DNA of 64,000 nucleotides from Polyangiales bacterium (lineage in GTDB: Bacteria > Myxococcota_A > Polyangia > Polyangiales > Ga0077539): the NCBI GenBank assembly GCA_044229975.1, contig JBGARZ010000004.1, forward strand, positions 64,001 to 128,000, read 5' to 3'. Every line of letters starts with the position of its first letter. The first letter of the stretch is position 1. Below are positions 30,558 to 41,637 of this stretch, piece by piece. Under the pieces are notes generated by a model. It had not been told where the DNA came from. It saw only the letters and a program-made list of their open reading frames with translations, and made no database searches. Both the position numbers and the translations under genes were made by a program.

Positions 30558-33500
30558 ATGAGCACGCACGCCGATCACGAGGAAGTTCTCCGCAGCGCCC
30601 TGAACACCGTCGCGCAGGACCCGACGAGCGACGCCGGCTGGGACGCCGCCGAGGCGAGCGCCCGCGCGCTGCAACGCCCCGACGAGGTGATCGAGCGCTA
30701 CCGCGAGGCCCTCGCCCGCACCGACGCGCCGGGCCTCGCCTCGAAGCTGGGCGAGCGCGCGCTGGCCTTCCTCGAAGAGTGGTCGGGCGACGCCGCGGCG
30801 CGCGTGGCCGTCCTCGACGCCGTGCTCACCGCCGACCCCAACGCCGCGTGGGCCTTCGAGCGCCTCACGATGCTGCACACCGTCGAAGAGCGCTGGGGTG
30901 ATCTGCTCTCCCTCTACGACCGCACCCTCGCGGCCACACCCGCCGACGACGTCGCCCGCCGTCGCTCGCTGCTCGTCGAGGCCTCCAACGTCGCCCGCGA
31001 GTTTGCCGCGCAGCCCGACCGCGCCGCGCAGTACCTCGAAGCGCTCTTCGCGCTCGACCCCACCGAGCCGCAGACCGCCCGCGCCCTCGAACGCCTCTAC
31101 GAGCGCCAGGGCCGCCACCGCGACCTCATCGCCCTCTGGTCGGCGCGCCTCGGGCACATCTCCCGCGACGCCCAGCGCGCCCAGCGCGCCCGCATCGCCG
31201 CCCTCTACCTCGACGCCCTCCACGACCCGTCGGGCGCGCTGCACACCGCCACCGCCATGCTCGACGCGGGCGGCGACCGCTCCGACGCGTGGTCCGTTCT
31301 CGAACGCCTCGGCGCCTCGGACGACCCGACCGTGACCCGCCAGGCGCTCGGTCTCTTGCGCGTCGAGTACGACCAGGCCGCGCGCGTCGACGACGTGCTG
31401 CGCGTGCTGCACCGCAGCCTCGAAGTGTCGGCGGGCGACGACGACGCCCCCACGCTGCGCGAGCTCTCCGACCGCCTGCGCGCCCTCGGCCGCGAGCCCG
31501 AGGCGATGCCGCACCTCGCGCGGCTGCTGCTCCTGTCCCCGCTCTCCGACGCGGCCCTCGACGAGCTCACCGCCGCCGCCGGACGCACCGATCGTCACGA
31601 TGTTCTGGTCGAGGCCCTCGCGGGCGCGGCCCACTCGCTCGACGCCAACGCCCTCGACCGCAAGCTGGCGCTGCTCGTTCGGGCCGCGGAGGTTCGCGCC
31701 GCGGTGCTCGACGACGCGCCGGGCGCCGTGGCCCTCTACCGCGAGGTGCTCGACGCGCCGGGCGTCTCCTCCGCGCTGGCCCTGCGCTGCGCGCGCGCCC
31801 TGGAGGCGCTGCTCGCCGGGTCGTCCGATGAGGGTGCGCGCCTCGACGCGCTGGAGGCCGTGGCCCGGCTCGAAGACACCGTCGACGCGCAGGTGGAGGC
31901 GTGGGCCCGCGCCGCGACGCTGGCGCAGTCGCTGGGTCTCCTCGACCGCGCGGTGGCCGGCTGGCGCGCGCGGCTCAGCCTCTCGGCGGGTGATCCGACC
32001 TCGCTCGACGCGCTGGCCTCGCTGCTGGCCTCGGCCGAGCGCTGGGACGAGCTCGTGGTGGTGCTGCGAACGCGCGCCGACGCGGCCGCGACCGACGACG
32101 CGCGGCGGGCCGATCTGGTGGCGGTGGCGAAGATCCAGGCCGACGCGCTGGGTCGCACCGACGACGCCATCGCGACGTGGCGGCAGGTGCGCGAGGCGTT
32201 TGGCGAGGACGAGGCGGTGGTCGACGCGCTGTCGCTGCTGCTGGCGCGGGCCGAGCGCTGGCCCGAGCTGCTGGAGCTGCTCGACCGCGCGGGCGCGAGC
32301 GAGTCCGACCCGACGCGGCGGGCGATGCTGCGGGCGCGGGCGGGCGACGTGTTTCGCGCGCGGGGTGACAGCCCCGACCAGGCGCTCACCGCATATCGGT
32401 CGGCCCTCGACGACGCGCCGGGCCTCGAAGTGGCGCTCGCGGGGATGCGCGCGCTGCTGGAGGTCACGAGCACGCACGACGCGGCGACGAAGTCCCTCGA
32501 AGGGGCGTTTCAGCGCACCGAGGACTGGGCCTCGCTGGTCGACCTCGTGGAGCACCGGCTCGCGGCGACGGCGGACGCGGGCGCGCGGCTGGAGGTGCTG
32601 CGCGGGTCGGCCGCGGTGGCCGAACAGCAGCTGGGTGATCTGCACCGCGCGCTGAAGCTGGTGGCCCAGGGGCTGCCGCTGGCGGCGGGTCACGGCGCGG
32701 AGCTCGGGCCGTGGGAGCAGGAGATCGATCGGCTCGCGGCGCAGGTGGGCGAGTGGCCGCTGGTTGCCGACGCCTACCGGGCGGCGAGGGACGCGCGGCC
32801 CGACGCCGACGCCGACGCGCACCGGCTGGCGCTGCGGCTCGGGGAGATTCTCGAAGAGACGCTCGGTGACCGCGAAGGCGCGCTCGACGCGTTTGCGCGG
32901 GTGGCGCGGGCCGATCGCTCCGATCTGCGGGCCGCGACGGCGACGGTGCGGGTGAGCGCGGCGTGCGGGCGGTGGGATCGGGCGGCCGAGGCGCTGGTCG
33001 CCACGAGCGGCGCGCTGGGTCGCATCGACGCGTCGCTGTCGGCGACCTTCGACGCGGCGGTGGAGGGCGGCGTCGACGCGCAGGGACAGTGGGCGTTGGC
33101 GCTCGACGCGGTGGACGCGGCGATGCACACGGCGGCGCTCTCCGACGCGCTGAAGGCGGCGTTGTTGACGTGGTCGGCCGTGCGGCACCAGCAGGGTCGC
33201 GGCGACCTCGACGCGGCGGAGGCGGCGCTCGGTCGGGCGGTGGCGCTCGACCGCGGCGACGTGGGTCGGCTCCAGCAGTACGCGGCGCTCCAGCGGAGGG
33301 CGCCGGGTCGCGCGCTGGTCGAGACGCTGCGCGCGCTGGTCGAGGCGCTGGGTGATGGGCCCGAGGCGCTGGGCGCGCTGCGCGAGGCGGCCGAGGTCGA
33401 GCTCGCGACGGGCGGCGATCGGGTGGTGGCGGGAGAGATCCTGCGGGCGCTCCTGGAGCGCAGCGCCGCGGCGTGGAAGCAGGGCGACGACGGGGCCGCG

Positions 33501-36500
33501 CGCGATCACACGACGTGGTCGATGCGGGCGCTGGTCGACCTGTCGGCGGCGGCGGGCGAGCACGAGTTCGCGGTGCAGCTCCTGAGCGCGGCGGCGAAGC
33601 ACCCGTTCTCGCCGGACGAGGCGCGTGCGTTGCAGTGCGAGGCGGCCGAGCGCTCGGCCCGCGATCTCCGTGATGCGCCGCGGGCCATCGCGATCTACGA
33701 GGGGCTGCGGGAGGAGGGGCGCGAAGACGCCGCGGTCATCGCGCGGCTGGCCGACCTCTACGACGCCGCCGACATGCGCGCCGAGCTGCTCGACCTGCGC
33801 CGCCACGAGCTGTCGCTCGCTGATGATCCCGCGCGTCGGCTCACGCTGCGCATGGACATCGCCCGCAACCAGCGCGCGCTCAGCGACGACGACGGCGCGC
33901 TCGCGACCTACAACGAAAACCTCGAAGAGCTCGCCGGGCACCCGGCCACCATCGCGGCGCTCACCGACCTGCTCGACGTGAAGCGGGCGCGCGAGCTGCA
34001 CACCATCCTCGTGGCGCAGGCGAAGACCCTCGACGCGTCGGGCAGCGAAGGCGCCGACGGGCTCTGGATGTCGGCCGCCCGCGTGGCCGAGCGCGACCTG
34101 CGCGACGAGGCCGCGGCCATCGACGGGTACGCCCGCATCGCGGCGCGCTCGGACGACCCGGCGGCCCTCGACGCGCTCGCGCGGCTGTACCTCGCGCGCA
34201 ACGAGCCGGCGACGGCGGCGGCGTACCTGGAGCGGCGCCTCGCGGGCGCGACCGGGGCCGAGCGCCGACCGGTGGTGGCCGCGCTGTCGCGGGTGTACGT
34301 GGCGAGCGGCGATCCCGACCGGGCGCGCGCGGTGCTCGAAGCCCAGCTCGCGAGCGGCGGTGACGCGGGCGAGCTGCGCGCCGACCTCGCCACCCTCTAC
34401 CGCGAGTCGGCCCGGTGGGAACCCCTCGCCGCCCTCCTCGCCGAGCCCGCCGACGGGGCCAACGCCTCGGCGGCCGATCTGCGCGAGGCCGCGGAGATCC
34501 TGCACCGTCGCCTCGGTGCACCCGAGCGCGCGGTTCCGGTGTTGGAGTCGGCCGTCGCGGCGTCGCCGGACGACCGCGGGCTGCGCATCGCCCTGGCTGA
34601 CGCGTTGCGCGCGGGCGGACGGCTCGACGAGGCGCGGGCCATCCTCGCGATGCTGCTCGAAGCGTACGGTCGGCAGCGTCCGCCGGAGCGCGCCCACGCC
34701 CACCACCAGCTGGCGCTCATCGCGCGGGCGCGCGGAGACCTTCCCGAGGCGCTCGCGCAGCTCGACCTCGCGTCGAGCATCGACCTCGGGCACGCCGGGG
34801 TCTACCGGCTGCTGGGCGAGCTCGCGCGCGAGGCGGGTCAGCTCGACCGGGCGGAGCGGGCGTTTCGCGCGCTGCTGCTCATCGTGCGGCGGCAGACGGC
34901 TCCGTCGGACGACATGCCGCGGCCGGCGGAGGTGTTGTTGGAGTTGTTCCGCATCGCGCGCGACCTGGGTCAGCACGACCGCGCGGCCGAGACGCTGGAG
35001 ACCGCCTTCGAGGTGGCCTCTCGCACCGACGAAGACGGCGTGCGCTTCGAGCGCGCGCTCAAGGCCGCGGGCGAGCACGAGGTGCTGCTTCGGGCGCTGC
35101 GCTCGCGGTTGGAGCGGGTGCGCGAGCCGATCGCCCGCGCCGCGGTGCTGGCCGACACGGCCGACCTCCTCGACGCGCACCTGGGTCGTCCCGCCGAGGC
35201 ACTCGACGGGTTGATCGAGGCGCTCGCCCTGCGCCCCCTCGATGCCAGGCTCCACGACGCCGCCCAGCGCATCGCGCGCGGGCTCGGTGAGGTCGCCCGC
35301 TACGAGACCGTGCTGCGCACCGCGCTCGACCGGGTGCGGGACACGGGCGACGCGGTGGCCACCGGGGCGCTGGCGCTGCGCTACGCCGAGCTGCGGACGC
35401 GCGACCTGGCCGACCCCGCTGGGGCGGTGGGCTTCTACGAAGAGGCGGCGTCGCTGGGTGATGACGCCGCGCGGGTGGCGGCGTGGGCGGGCCTCGACGA
35501 GGCGTACGCGGCGCTCGGCGACACGACGCGACGGGTGGAGGTGCTGCGACGGCTGACGGCCTTCGAGGGCGACTCGGCCCGCGCCTCGGCCTGGAACTTC
35601 GCCGCCCTCCTCCTCGCCTCCTCCAACGAAAACGATGTGGAGGAGGGCCTCACGTGGATCGCGTGGGTGCACGAGCGCGCGCCCGATCTGTCGCGCGCGG
35701 CGCGGCTGCTACAGACGGCGTCGGGGCGGTGGCCCGATCGCCCGTCGGTGCTCGACCTGTACGAGCGGGTGGCGCGCGAGGCGGGCGACAACGGCGCGCT
35801 GCTCGACGTGCTGGAGCGGCGCGCGGCGTCGCCCGAGGCGTCGTGGGAGACGCTGCACCAGGCGGTCGATCTCGCGGTGGAGGTGCAGGCCCACGAGCGG
35901 GCCGAGGCGCTGCTGCGTCGGGCCGTGACGCTGGGCGAGGCTCGCGATGAAGCGGCCGAGTCGACGTGGGCGATGGTGGCGCTGGCGAAGCAGCGCGAGG
36001 CGGCGGGCGACCCGGCAGAGGCGGTTCGCTGGCTGCGCGCGGCGGCGACGCAGTCGGAGCCCGACGAGGCGACGGCGCTGATGCTGCAAGTGGCGGCGCT
36101 GGCGGCTGGTCCGCTCAATGATCTGGCGCTGGCGGCGCGCACCTACGAGGCGCTGCACGCCAACGACCCGGGCAACCGGCTGGTGTGGGAGCCGTTGTTG
36201 ACGGTGTACCGCGGACTCGGCGACGAGGCGCGGCTCGAGGCGCTCATCGACGAGTCGGTGTCGCACGTCTTCAACCCCGCCGACCGCAACCACCTGCGCA
36301 TGGAGCGTGCGCGCATCCTGCTGGCGCGACCGGGCGGCGAGGAGGCGGCGATGGACGCCCTGCGCGCGCTGCTGGACGAGGACCCCGACGACACCGCGGC
36401 GACCACGATGCTGGCCGACCTCTACGAGCGCGCGGGGCGCAGCGAAGACCTGGCCGACCTGCTCTTCGCCCGCTTCGACAGCGCGCGCGAGCGGGGCGAC

Positions 36501-38333
36501 GCGGAGGGCACGCGGGTGCTGGGTCTGCGTCTCGCGGGGCTGCTCGCGCCGACGCGGCGGGAGGGCGCCGTGGACGTGCTGCGCAGCGCGCTGGAGGTGC
36601 TGCCCGACGACGTCGAGCTGCTGACGACGGCGCACGGGCTGCTCACCAGCGACGATCCCCCGGAGGAGCGCGCGGCGGTGATCGAGCGCCTGCTGGCCAG
36701 GCGCACCGGCGCGGAGGCGGCGCAGCTGGCGATGGCGCTGGCGGCGCTGCGCGATCAGGTGGGCGACGCGGAGGGCGTCGAGCGGGCGCTCGAAGCGGGC
36801 TTCGCGGCGATGCCGGGTGACGACACCATCCGCGAGCACCTCGAAGCGCGCTACCAGGCGCGGGAAGACCTCGGCGCGTTGGCGTCGCTGCGCGAGCGCT
36901 ACGGGCGTCAGCTCACCGATCCGGCGGCGCGGGCGGCGGCGCTGCGGAGCGCGGCGGCTCTTCATCGCGACACGCTGGGGCACGCGGCGCGGGCGGCGGC
37001 GCTCTTGCGCGAGGCGCGGGCGGACGCGCCGGACGACCTCGACCTGCTGGCCGAGTACGCGCGCACGCTGACGGCGGCGGGCGATGGCGCGGGGGCGATC
37101 GAGGTGGTGGGCGCGGCGGTCGAGGCGCAGGTCGGCGGCGAGTCGATGGTGGCGCCGCTGCTGCGGCTGCGGGCCGAGCTGCGCGGCGCGGCGGGCGACA
37201 GCGGCGGCGCGGTGGACGACCTCGAAGCGGCGTTTCTGCGGGTGGGCGATGTGCTGGCGGGGGAGTTTGCGGCGGCGCTCGATCGGCGGCGTCGGCTGGC
37301 GCTCGCGGAGGGCGACACCGAGGCGTCGCGGGCGGCGATGCTGCGGCTCACCGAGGTGCTCCCGCGCATCGGCCGCGTGGACGAGGGGACGACGCTGCTG
37401 GCGGAGTGGGTCACCGGGCAGCCCGATGACCTGGAGGCGCTGCGGCGCCTCGCGACGCTGCACGCCGAGGCGGGGCGCTGGGACGACGCGGCGGTGGGCT
37501 TCCACCGGCTGGTGTCGCTCGAACACGGCGAGGCGCGCGCGGACGCGGCGGTGCGGCTGGCGGATGCGTGCGCGGCGGCGGGTCGCCCGACGGACGCGCG
37601 TGATGGATTGCAGCGGGCGTACGACGCCGACCTGGGCAACGCGGTGCTGCGCGACCGGCTGCGGTTGCTCTACGAGACGATGGGTCTCTTCCACGAGGCG
37701 GCGAAGCTGTGGACCGACGCGGCCGAGCGCACGGAAGACCTGGGCGAGCGCTTCGATGGGTTCAAGCGCGCGGGCGAGGTGTTGTTGGACAACGCGGCCG
37801 AGCCGGCGCTGGCCATCGAGCCGCTGGCGCGGGCCCACGAGCTGCGCCCGACGGACCACGACGTGACGGTGCTGCTGGTCGACGCGTACACGTCGTCGCA
37901 GCGGCTGGAGGACGCGTCGTCGCTGCTCAACGCGGCCATCGCGACGCACAAGAACCGTCGCTCGAAGGAGCTCGCGACGTTGCAGCACCGCATGGGCCGG
38001 CTGGCCTACGCGGCGGGCGACCACGCGGTGGAGCTCGCGTGGCTCAACGCGGCGCTCGACACCGATCCGCAGAACGGCCAGGTCGCGGCGGAGCTCGCCG
38101 ACGTGGCGATGGAGCAGTCCAACTTCGACATCGCGCAGAAGGCGCTGCGGGCCATCGCGCTGATGAAGAACCCGGCGCCGATGAGCCGGGCGATGGCGTT
38201 CTTGCGGCAGGGCATGATCGCGCGGAGCCAGGGCGACCCCAAGAAGGCGGTGTTTCTGGCGAGGAAGGCGCTCTCCGAAGACGCCAACCTGGAGGAGGCG
38301 CGGACCTTCCTGCGGGAGATCGGCGCGGAGTAG
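30558..38333 (+). CDS. Giant TPR/alpha-solenoid protein (2591 aa)
   Basis: Continuous TPR-like helices (LERLYERQGR, RWDELVVVL, ALALRPLD). Resembles large myxobacterial TPR proteins; orthology not established. Confidence 0.85.
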   Translation: MSTHADHEEVLRSALNTVAQDPTSDAGWDAAEASARALQRPDEVIERYREALARTDAPGLASKLGERALAFLEEWSGDAAARVAVLDAVLTADPNAAWAFERLTMLHTVEERWGDLLSLYDRTLAATPADDVARRRSLLVEASNVAREFAAQPDRAAQYLEALFALDPTEPQTARALERLYERQGRHRDLIALWSARLGHISRDAQRAQRARIAALYLDALHDPSGALHTATAMLDAGGDRSDAWSVLERLGASDDPTVTRQALGLLRVEYDQAARVDDVLRVLHRSLEVSAGDDDAPTLRELSDRLRALGREPEAMPHLARLLLLSPLSDAALDELTAAAGRTDRHDVLVEALAGAAHSLDANALDRKLALLVRAAEVRAAVLDDAPGAVALYREVLDAPGVSSALALRCARALEALLAGSSDEGARLDALEAVARLEDTVDAQVEAWARAATLAQSLGLLDRAVAGWRARLSLSAGDPTSLDALASLLASAERWDELVVVLRTRADAAATDDARRADLVAVAKIQADALGRTDDAIATWRQVREAFGEDEAVVDALSLLLARAERWPELLELLDRAGASESDPTRRAMLRARAGDVFRARGDSPDQALTAYRSALDDAPGLEVALAGMRALLEVTSTHDAATKSLEGAFQRTEDWASLVDLVEHRLAATADAGARLEVLRGSAAVAEQQLGDLHRALKLVAQGLPLAAGHGAELGPWEQEIDRLAAQVGEWPLVADAYRAARDARPDADADAHRLALRLGEILEETLGDREGALDAFARVARADRSDLRAATATVRVSAACGRWDRAAEALVATSGALGRIDASLSATFDAAVEGGVDAQGQWALALDAVDAAMHTAALSDALKAALLTWSAVRHQQGRGDLDAAEAALGRAVALDRGDVGRLQQYAALQRRAPGRALVETLRALVEALGDGPEALGALREAAEVELATGGDRVVAGEILRALLERSAAAWKQGDDGAARDHTTWSMRALVDLSAAAGEHEFAVQLLSAAAKHPFSPDEARALQCEAAERSARDLRDAPRAIAIYEGLREEGREDAAVIARLADLYDAADMRAELLDLRRHELSLADDPARRLTLRMDIARNQRALSDDDGALATYNENLEELAGHPATIAALTDLLDVKRARELHTILVAQAKTLDASGSEGADGLWMSAARVAERDLRDEAAAIDGYARIAARSDDPAALDALARLYLARNEPATAAAYLERRLAGATGAERRPVVAALSRVYVASGDPDRARAVLEAQLASGGDAGELRADLATLYRESARWEPLAALLAEPADGANASAADLREAAEILHRRLGAPERAVPVLESAVAASPDDRGLRIALADALRAGGRLDEARAILAMLLEAYGRQRPPERAHAHHQLALIARARGDLPEALAQLDLASSIDLGHAGVYRLLGELAREAGQLDRAERAFRALLLIVRRQTAPSDDMPRPAEVLLELFRIARDLGQHDRAAETLETAFEVASRTDEDGVRFERALKAAGEHEVLLRALRSRLERVREPIARAAVLADTADLLDAHLGRPAEALDGLIEALALRPLDARLHDAAQRIARGLGEVARYETVLRTALDRVRDTGDAVATGALALRYAELRTRDLADPAGAVGFYEEAASLGDDAARVAAWAGLDEAYAALGDTTRRVEVLRRLTAFEGDSARASAWNFAALLLASSNENDVEEGLTWIAWVHERAPDLSRAARLLQTASGRWPDRPSVLDLYERVAREAGDNGALLDVLERRAASPEASWETLHQAVDLAVEVQAHERAEALLRRAVTLGEARDEAAESTWAMVALAKQREAAGDPAEAVRWLRAAATQSEPDEATALMLQVAALAAGPLNDLALAARTYEALHANDPGNRLVWEPLLTVYRGLGDEARLEALIDESVSHVFNPADRNHLRMERARILLARPGGEEAAMDALRALLDEDPDDTAATTMLADLYERAGRSEDLADLLFARFDSARERGDAEGTRVLGLRLAGLLAPTRREGAVDVLRSALEVLPDDVELLTTAHGLLTSDDPPEERAAVIERLLARRTGAEAAQLAMALAALRDQVGDAEGVERALEAGFAAMPGDDTIREHLEARYQAREDLGALASLRERYGRQLTDPAARAAALRSAAALHRDTLGHAARAAALLREARADAPDDLDLLAEYARTLTAAGDGAGAIEVVGAAVEAQVGGESMVAPLLRLRAELRGAAGDSGGAVDDLEAAFLRVGDVLAGEFAAALDRRRRLALAEGDTEASRAAMLRLTEVLPRIGRVDEGTTLLAEWVTGQPDDLEALRRLATLHAEAGRWDDAAVGFHRLVSLEHGEARADAAVRLADACAAAGRPTDARDGLQRAYDADLGNAVLRDRLRLLYETMGLFHEAAKLWTDAAERTEDLGERFDGFKRAGEVLLDNAAEPALAIEPLARAHELRPTDHDVTVLLVDAYTSSQRLEDASSLLNAAIATHKNRRSKELATLQHRMGRLAYAAGDHAVELAWLNAALDTDPQNGQVAAELADVAMEQSNFDIAQKALRAIALMKNPAPMSRAMAFLRQGMIARSQGDPKKAVFLARKALSEDANLEEARTFLREIGAE

Positions 38334-38354
38334 CAGCGGGGCGTTGAGCCCGTC

Positions 38355-38585
38355 GGGCCGGAGTTCGCGTGCCCCCGTTGCAGGGGCGTGCAGTCGCTCA
38401 CTCCGGGCTATTTCAGGTGGTCACCTCGCTTCGCCAGGTTGCAGGGACTCACCACAGACCATGGATGGTCGACGGGTTGTCCGTTGAAACCAGCGCTGCA
38501 ACCTCGCGAAGCGAGGTGACCACCTGAAATAGCCCGGAGTGAGCGACTGCACGCCCCTGCAACGGGGGCACGCGAACTCCGGCCC
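38355..38585. repeat. Long palindromic element, family A copy 2
   Basis: 90-bp inverted arms 38355-38444 and 38496-38585 with one mismatch, 51-bp centre; lies between convergent genes. Confidence 0.95.
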
Positions 38586-38592
38586 AGCGTCC

Positions 38593-39003
38593 TCAGCGCA
38601 GCTCGTACTCCATGACCTCGACGCCCAGTGCGCGGGCCATGGCCACCTCGCGGTGCGACTGCGGCCCGCCGCCCACCCGGATCAACACCTCCACCGCCGC
38701 GACAAACGCCGCGCTCTCGTCGCCCCACGCGCTCCCGACGATGACCCGCTCGTCGACGGCAAAGCACGGCAGCCCCGCCGCCCGCGAGCACGCGTAGCCC
38801 GCCGTCCGCCACCCCCGGCGCACCGCCTCGCGATACGCGATCGCCGGAACCCCCACGTCCGTCAGCCCCGCGACGAGCACCCGCGGCGCGCCCGGTCGCA
38901 CCGCCTCCGTCGCGTCGAGCGCAACCACGACGAGGCGCCTCGCCTCACCCTCGTCGAAGCACGGCCGCGAGTAGCCCACCACACCGATACGGAGCGCGTC
39001 CAT
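38593..39003 (-). CDS. Small SLOG (Smf/DprA/LOG)-like nucleotide-binding protein
   Basis: RIGVVGYS, VLVAGLTDVGV and LIRVGGGPQSHRE resemble the IxxxGS / vsG..G / GGxGTxxE motifs of SLOG folds. Confidence 0.55.
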   Translation of the reverse strand: MDALRIGVVGYSRPCFDEGEARRLVVVALDATEAVRPGAPRVLVAGLTDVGVPAIAYREAVRRGWRTAGYACSRAAGLPCFAVDERVIVGSAWGDESAAFVAAVEVLIRVGGGPQSHREVAMARALGVEVMEYELR

Positions 39004-39051
39004 CGCGTCGGAGTGTAGGACCCGCCCGCAGGAGTTGTACGCTGCGCCGCG

Positions 39052-41637
39052 ATGGCGGAACCCGCGCAGCCCCCAGTCGACACCCCGGTCGCGCGCGCCC
39101 GGGCATTGCTGGCAGCCGCGGAGGTGACGCCCGCCGAGGCGCTGTCACTCTCACGCGAGCTGATGAAGGCACGCGCGTTCTCGTGGGCGGGCGAGGTGCT
39201 CCGTCGCGCCGCGCTGCACCCCGACGCCGACGCCGCCACGCGACGAACGCTCGGGGTCAAGCGCGCCGTCTGCACGTACAAGGACGAGCGCCTCCCGACC
39301 CTCACGCGGCTCGATGCGGCCATGGTCATCCTCGCGGCGAGCGACCCGCCCGCCACCACCGAAGACCCGGAGACGCTCGGCGTCGCGGGGGCCATCGAGA
39401 AGCGCCGCTGGGAGGCCACCGCCAGCGTCGACGCGCTGGAGACCTCGCTCGAATACTATCGTCGCGGCGCTGCGATCAGCCGCGGGCGCGACGACGGGTA
39501 CACCGCCATCAACGCCGCCTACGTGCTCGACCTGCTCGCCGCGCGTGACGCTGCGGCTGCGGTGCGCGCGGGCCTCCCCGAGAGGGAGTCGGCGCGGGTC
39601 CGTCGCGCGGAGGCCAACGCCATCCGGCGCGAGGTCATCGCGGTGCTCGCCGATCGCGCGGCGAGCGCGAACTGGTGGGTGCTCGTCACGCTCGCCGAGG
39701 CGCACTTCGGCGTCGGGGAGTTCGCCGAGGCGAAGGCGTACGTCGACCGCGCGAGGGCCCTGCCGGGCGTGGCCCGCTGGCAGATGGAGTCGACGCTCAA
39801 GCAGTTTGCGTCGCTCGCGACGGCGCAGCGGGGTGACGGCGAGGGTGCCCTTCAGGCGCTCGGGGCGATGTTCGATGGCGACCCGGAGACGGTGCGCGCG
39901 GCGCTGCTGGGCAAGGTCGGGCTCGCGCTGTCGGGTGGTGGGTTCAGGGCGTCGTTCTTTCACCTGGGGGTGTTTGCGCGGCTCGCGGAGCTCGACCTCT
40001 TGCGACACATCGAGGTGCTCTCGTGCGTGTCGGGCGGCGCCATCGTCGGGGCGTACTACTACCTCGCGCTGCGGCGATTGCTGGAGTCCAGGGCCGACGA
40101 GGAGATCACCCGCGACGACTACGTGACGCTGGTCGCGACGATGGCGGAGGAGTTCTACGCGGGCGTCACCAGCAACGTGCGGATGACGGCCTTTGCGAGC
40201 CCGCGCTTGCAGGCGCGCATGGCCCTCGGGATGGAGGCCAACGTCACCGACCACGTCGCCACCCTCTACGAGCAGCACCTCTTCCGGCGCGTCGACGGCG
40301 TCGCGCGGCACCCGCTGCGGAGCCTCGGCGTACGACCCAAAGGGGAGCCCAACGACTTCGACCCGCGCTACGACAACTGGCTGCGGCGGCATCGTGTCCC
40401 GACGCTGGTGCTCAACGCGACGACGCTCAACACGGGGCACAACTGGCAGTTCACGGCCGGGTCCATGGGCGAGCCCGCGGGCAGCATCGACCCGGAGATC
40501 GACGCGAGCGAGCACCTCCGCCCGGTGGATCATGGCGAGGTTCCGAAGGGGGTGCGCGAGGTCACGCTGGCCGAGGCGGTGGCGGCGTCGGCGTGCGTGC
40601 CGGGTGTGCTCGACCCGCTGGAGGTGCGCGGGCTCTACCCCGACCGCACCGTCTTCCTCGTCGATGGCGGCGTCTACGACAACCAGGGCGTGAGCAGCTT
40701 GCTGGAGCAGGACGTCACGGTGCTGCTCGTGAGCGACGCGAGCGGACCGCTGGAAGACGGCTCCACGGCGCCGGCCAGCCCCCTCGCGGTGCCGCTGCGC
40801 TCCAGCGGAATCCTCCAGGCGCGCGTTCGCTCGGCGCAGTTTCGCGACCTGATGACCCGGCGTCGTTCGCTGCTCTTGCGGGGGTTGATGTTCGTTCACC
40901 TGAAGAAGGGGCTCGACGTGCTGCGGGTGGAGCCCTCCGACGTCGACGGGCCCGACGCCGAGGTGCCCGACGACGGCAGCGAGCTCACGGCGTACGGCGT
41001 GCGCAAGGACGTGCAGCGCGCGCTCGCGGGGATACGAACCGACCTCGATGCGTTCTCGGAGGCCGAGGCGTACGCGTTGATGACGAGCGGGTATCGGATG
41101 ACGGTGGCGGAGGTTCCGGCGAGCCTCGCGCACTTCCCCGCGTCGACGGCGCCGCCGCACGCGTGGAGCTTCCTGCGCATCGAGCCGATGACGTCGTGGG
41201 TGGGGCAGAAGCCCGCTGGCTTCGACGACTTCATGGAGCACCTCGACATCGCGAGCTCTGGGTTCTTCAAGGTGTGGCGGCAGTCGCTGGCGCTGAAGCT
41301 CACGGCGCGCTTCGCGTCGATCGTCGTCGCGGTGCTCGCGGCGCTCTACTGCGCGAGCCACTGGGACGACGCGGTGGTGTCGTTTCGCCCGACGGTGGGG
41401 CGGCTCACCATGATCGTGCTCACCCCCTTCGTCGTCGTGATGCTGCGCGCCATCTTCCAGGGGAGGCTGCCGCTGCGGTCGCGCTCGGGCTCGCTGTCGC
41501 AGGCCGGGACGCGCATGGCCCTCGGCGTGATCGGCGCCCTGTCGGCGCGCCTGTTCAAGCTCTTCGATCCGGTCTACCTCAGCTACGGTCGGCTCGATCG
41601 CTTCGTCGACCCAGCCCGGAAGGATCCACGCCCATGA
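39052..41637 (+). CDS. TPR-like (MAP3K TRAFs-binding/DUF4071-like) domain + patatin phospholipase + C-terminal TM helices
   Basis: N-terminal ETLGVAGAIEKRRW..YTAINAA..WWVLVTLAEA..WQMESTLKQ; patatin motifs LALSGGGFRAS, SCVSGG and DGGVYDN; hydrophobic C-terminus. Confidence 0.88.
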   Translation: MAEPAQPPVDTPVARARALLAAAEVTPAEALSLSRELMKARAFSWAGEVLRRAALHPDADAATRRTLGVKRAVCTYKDERLPTLTRLDAAMVILAASDPPATTEDPETLGVAGAIEKRRWEATASVDALETSLEYYRRGAAISRGRDDGYTAINAAYVLDLLAARDAAAAVRAGLPERESARVRRAEANAIRREVIAVLADRAASANWWVLVTLAEAHFGVGEFAEAKAYVDRARALPGVARWQMESTLKQFASLATAQRGDGEGALQALGAMFDGDPETVRAALLGKVGLALSGGGFRASFFHLGVFARLAELDLLRHIEVLSCVSGGAIVGAYYYLALRRLLESRADEEITRDDYVTLVATMAEEFYAGVTSNVRMTAFASPRLQARMALGMEANVTDHVATLYEQHLFRRVDGVARHPLRSLGVRPKGEPNDFDPRYDNWLRRHRVPTLVLNATTLNTGHNWQFTAGSMGEPAGSIDPEIDASEHLRPVDHGEVPKGVREVTLAEAVAASACVPGVLDPLEVRGLYPDRTVFLVDGGVYDNQGVSSLLEQDVTVLLVSDASGPLEDGSTAPASPLAVPLRSSGILQARVRSAQFRDLMTRRRSLLLRGLMFVHLKKGLDVLRVEPSDVDGPDAEVPDDGSELTAYGVRKDVQRALAGIRTDLDAFSEAEAYALMTSGYRMTVAEVPASLAHFPASTAPPHAWSFLRIEPMTSWVGQKPAGFDDFMEHLDIASSGFFKVWRQSLALKLTARFASIVVAVLAALYCASHWDDAVVSFRPTVGRLTMIVLTPFVVVMLRAIFQGRLPLRSRSGSLSQAGTRMALGVIGALSARLFKLFDPVYLSYGRLDRFVDPARKDPRP

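Noticed and set aside
30495..38024. Long minus-strand ORFs 30495..35672 and 35709..38024
   Set aside because: Antisense shadows of the TPR gene. High-GC codon bias removes stops, and the translations are Arg/Gly-rich with no motifs.
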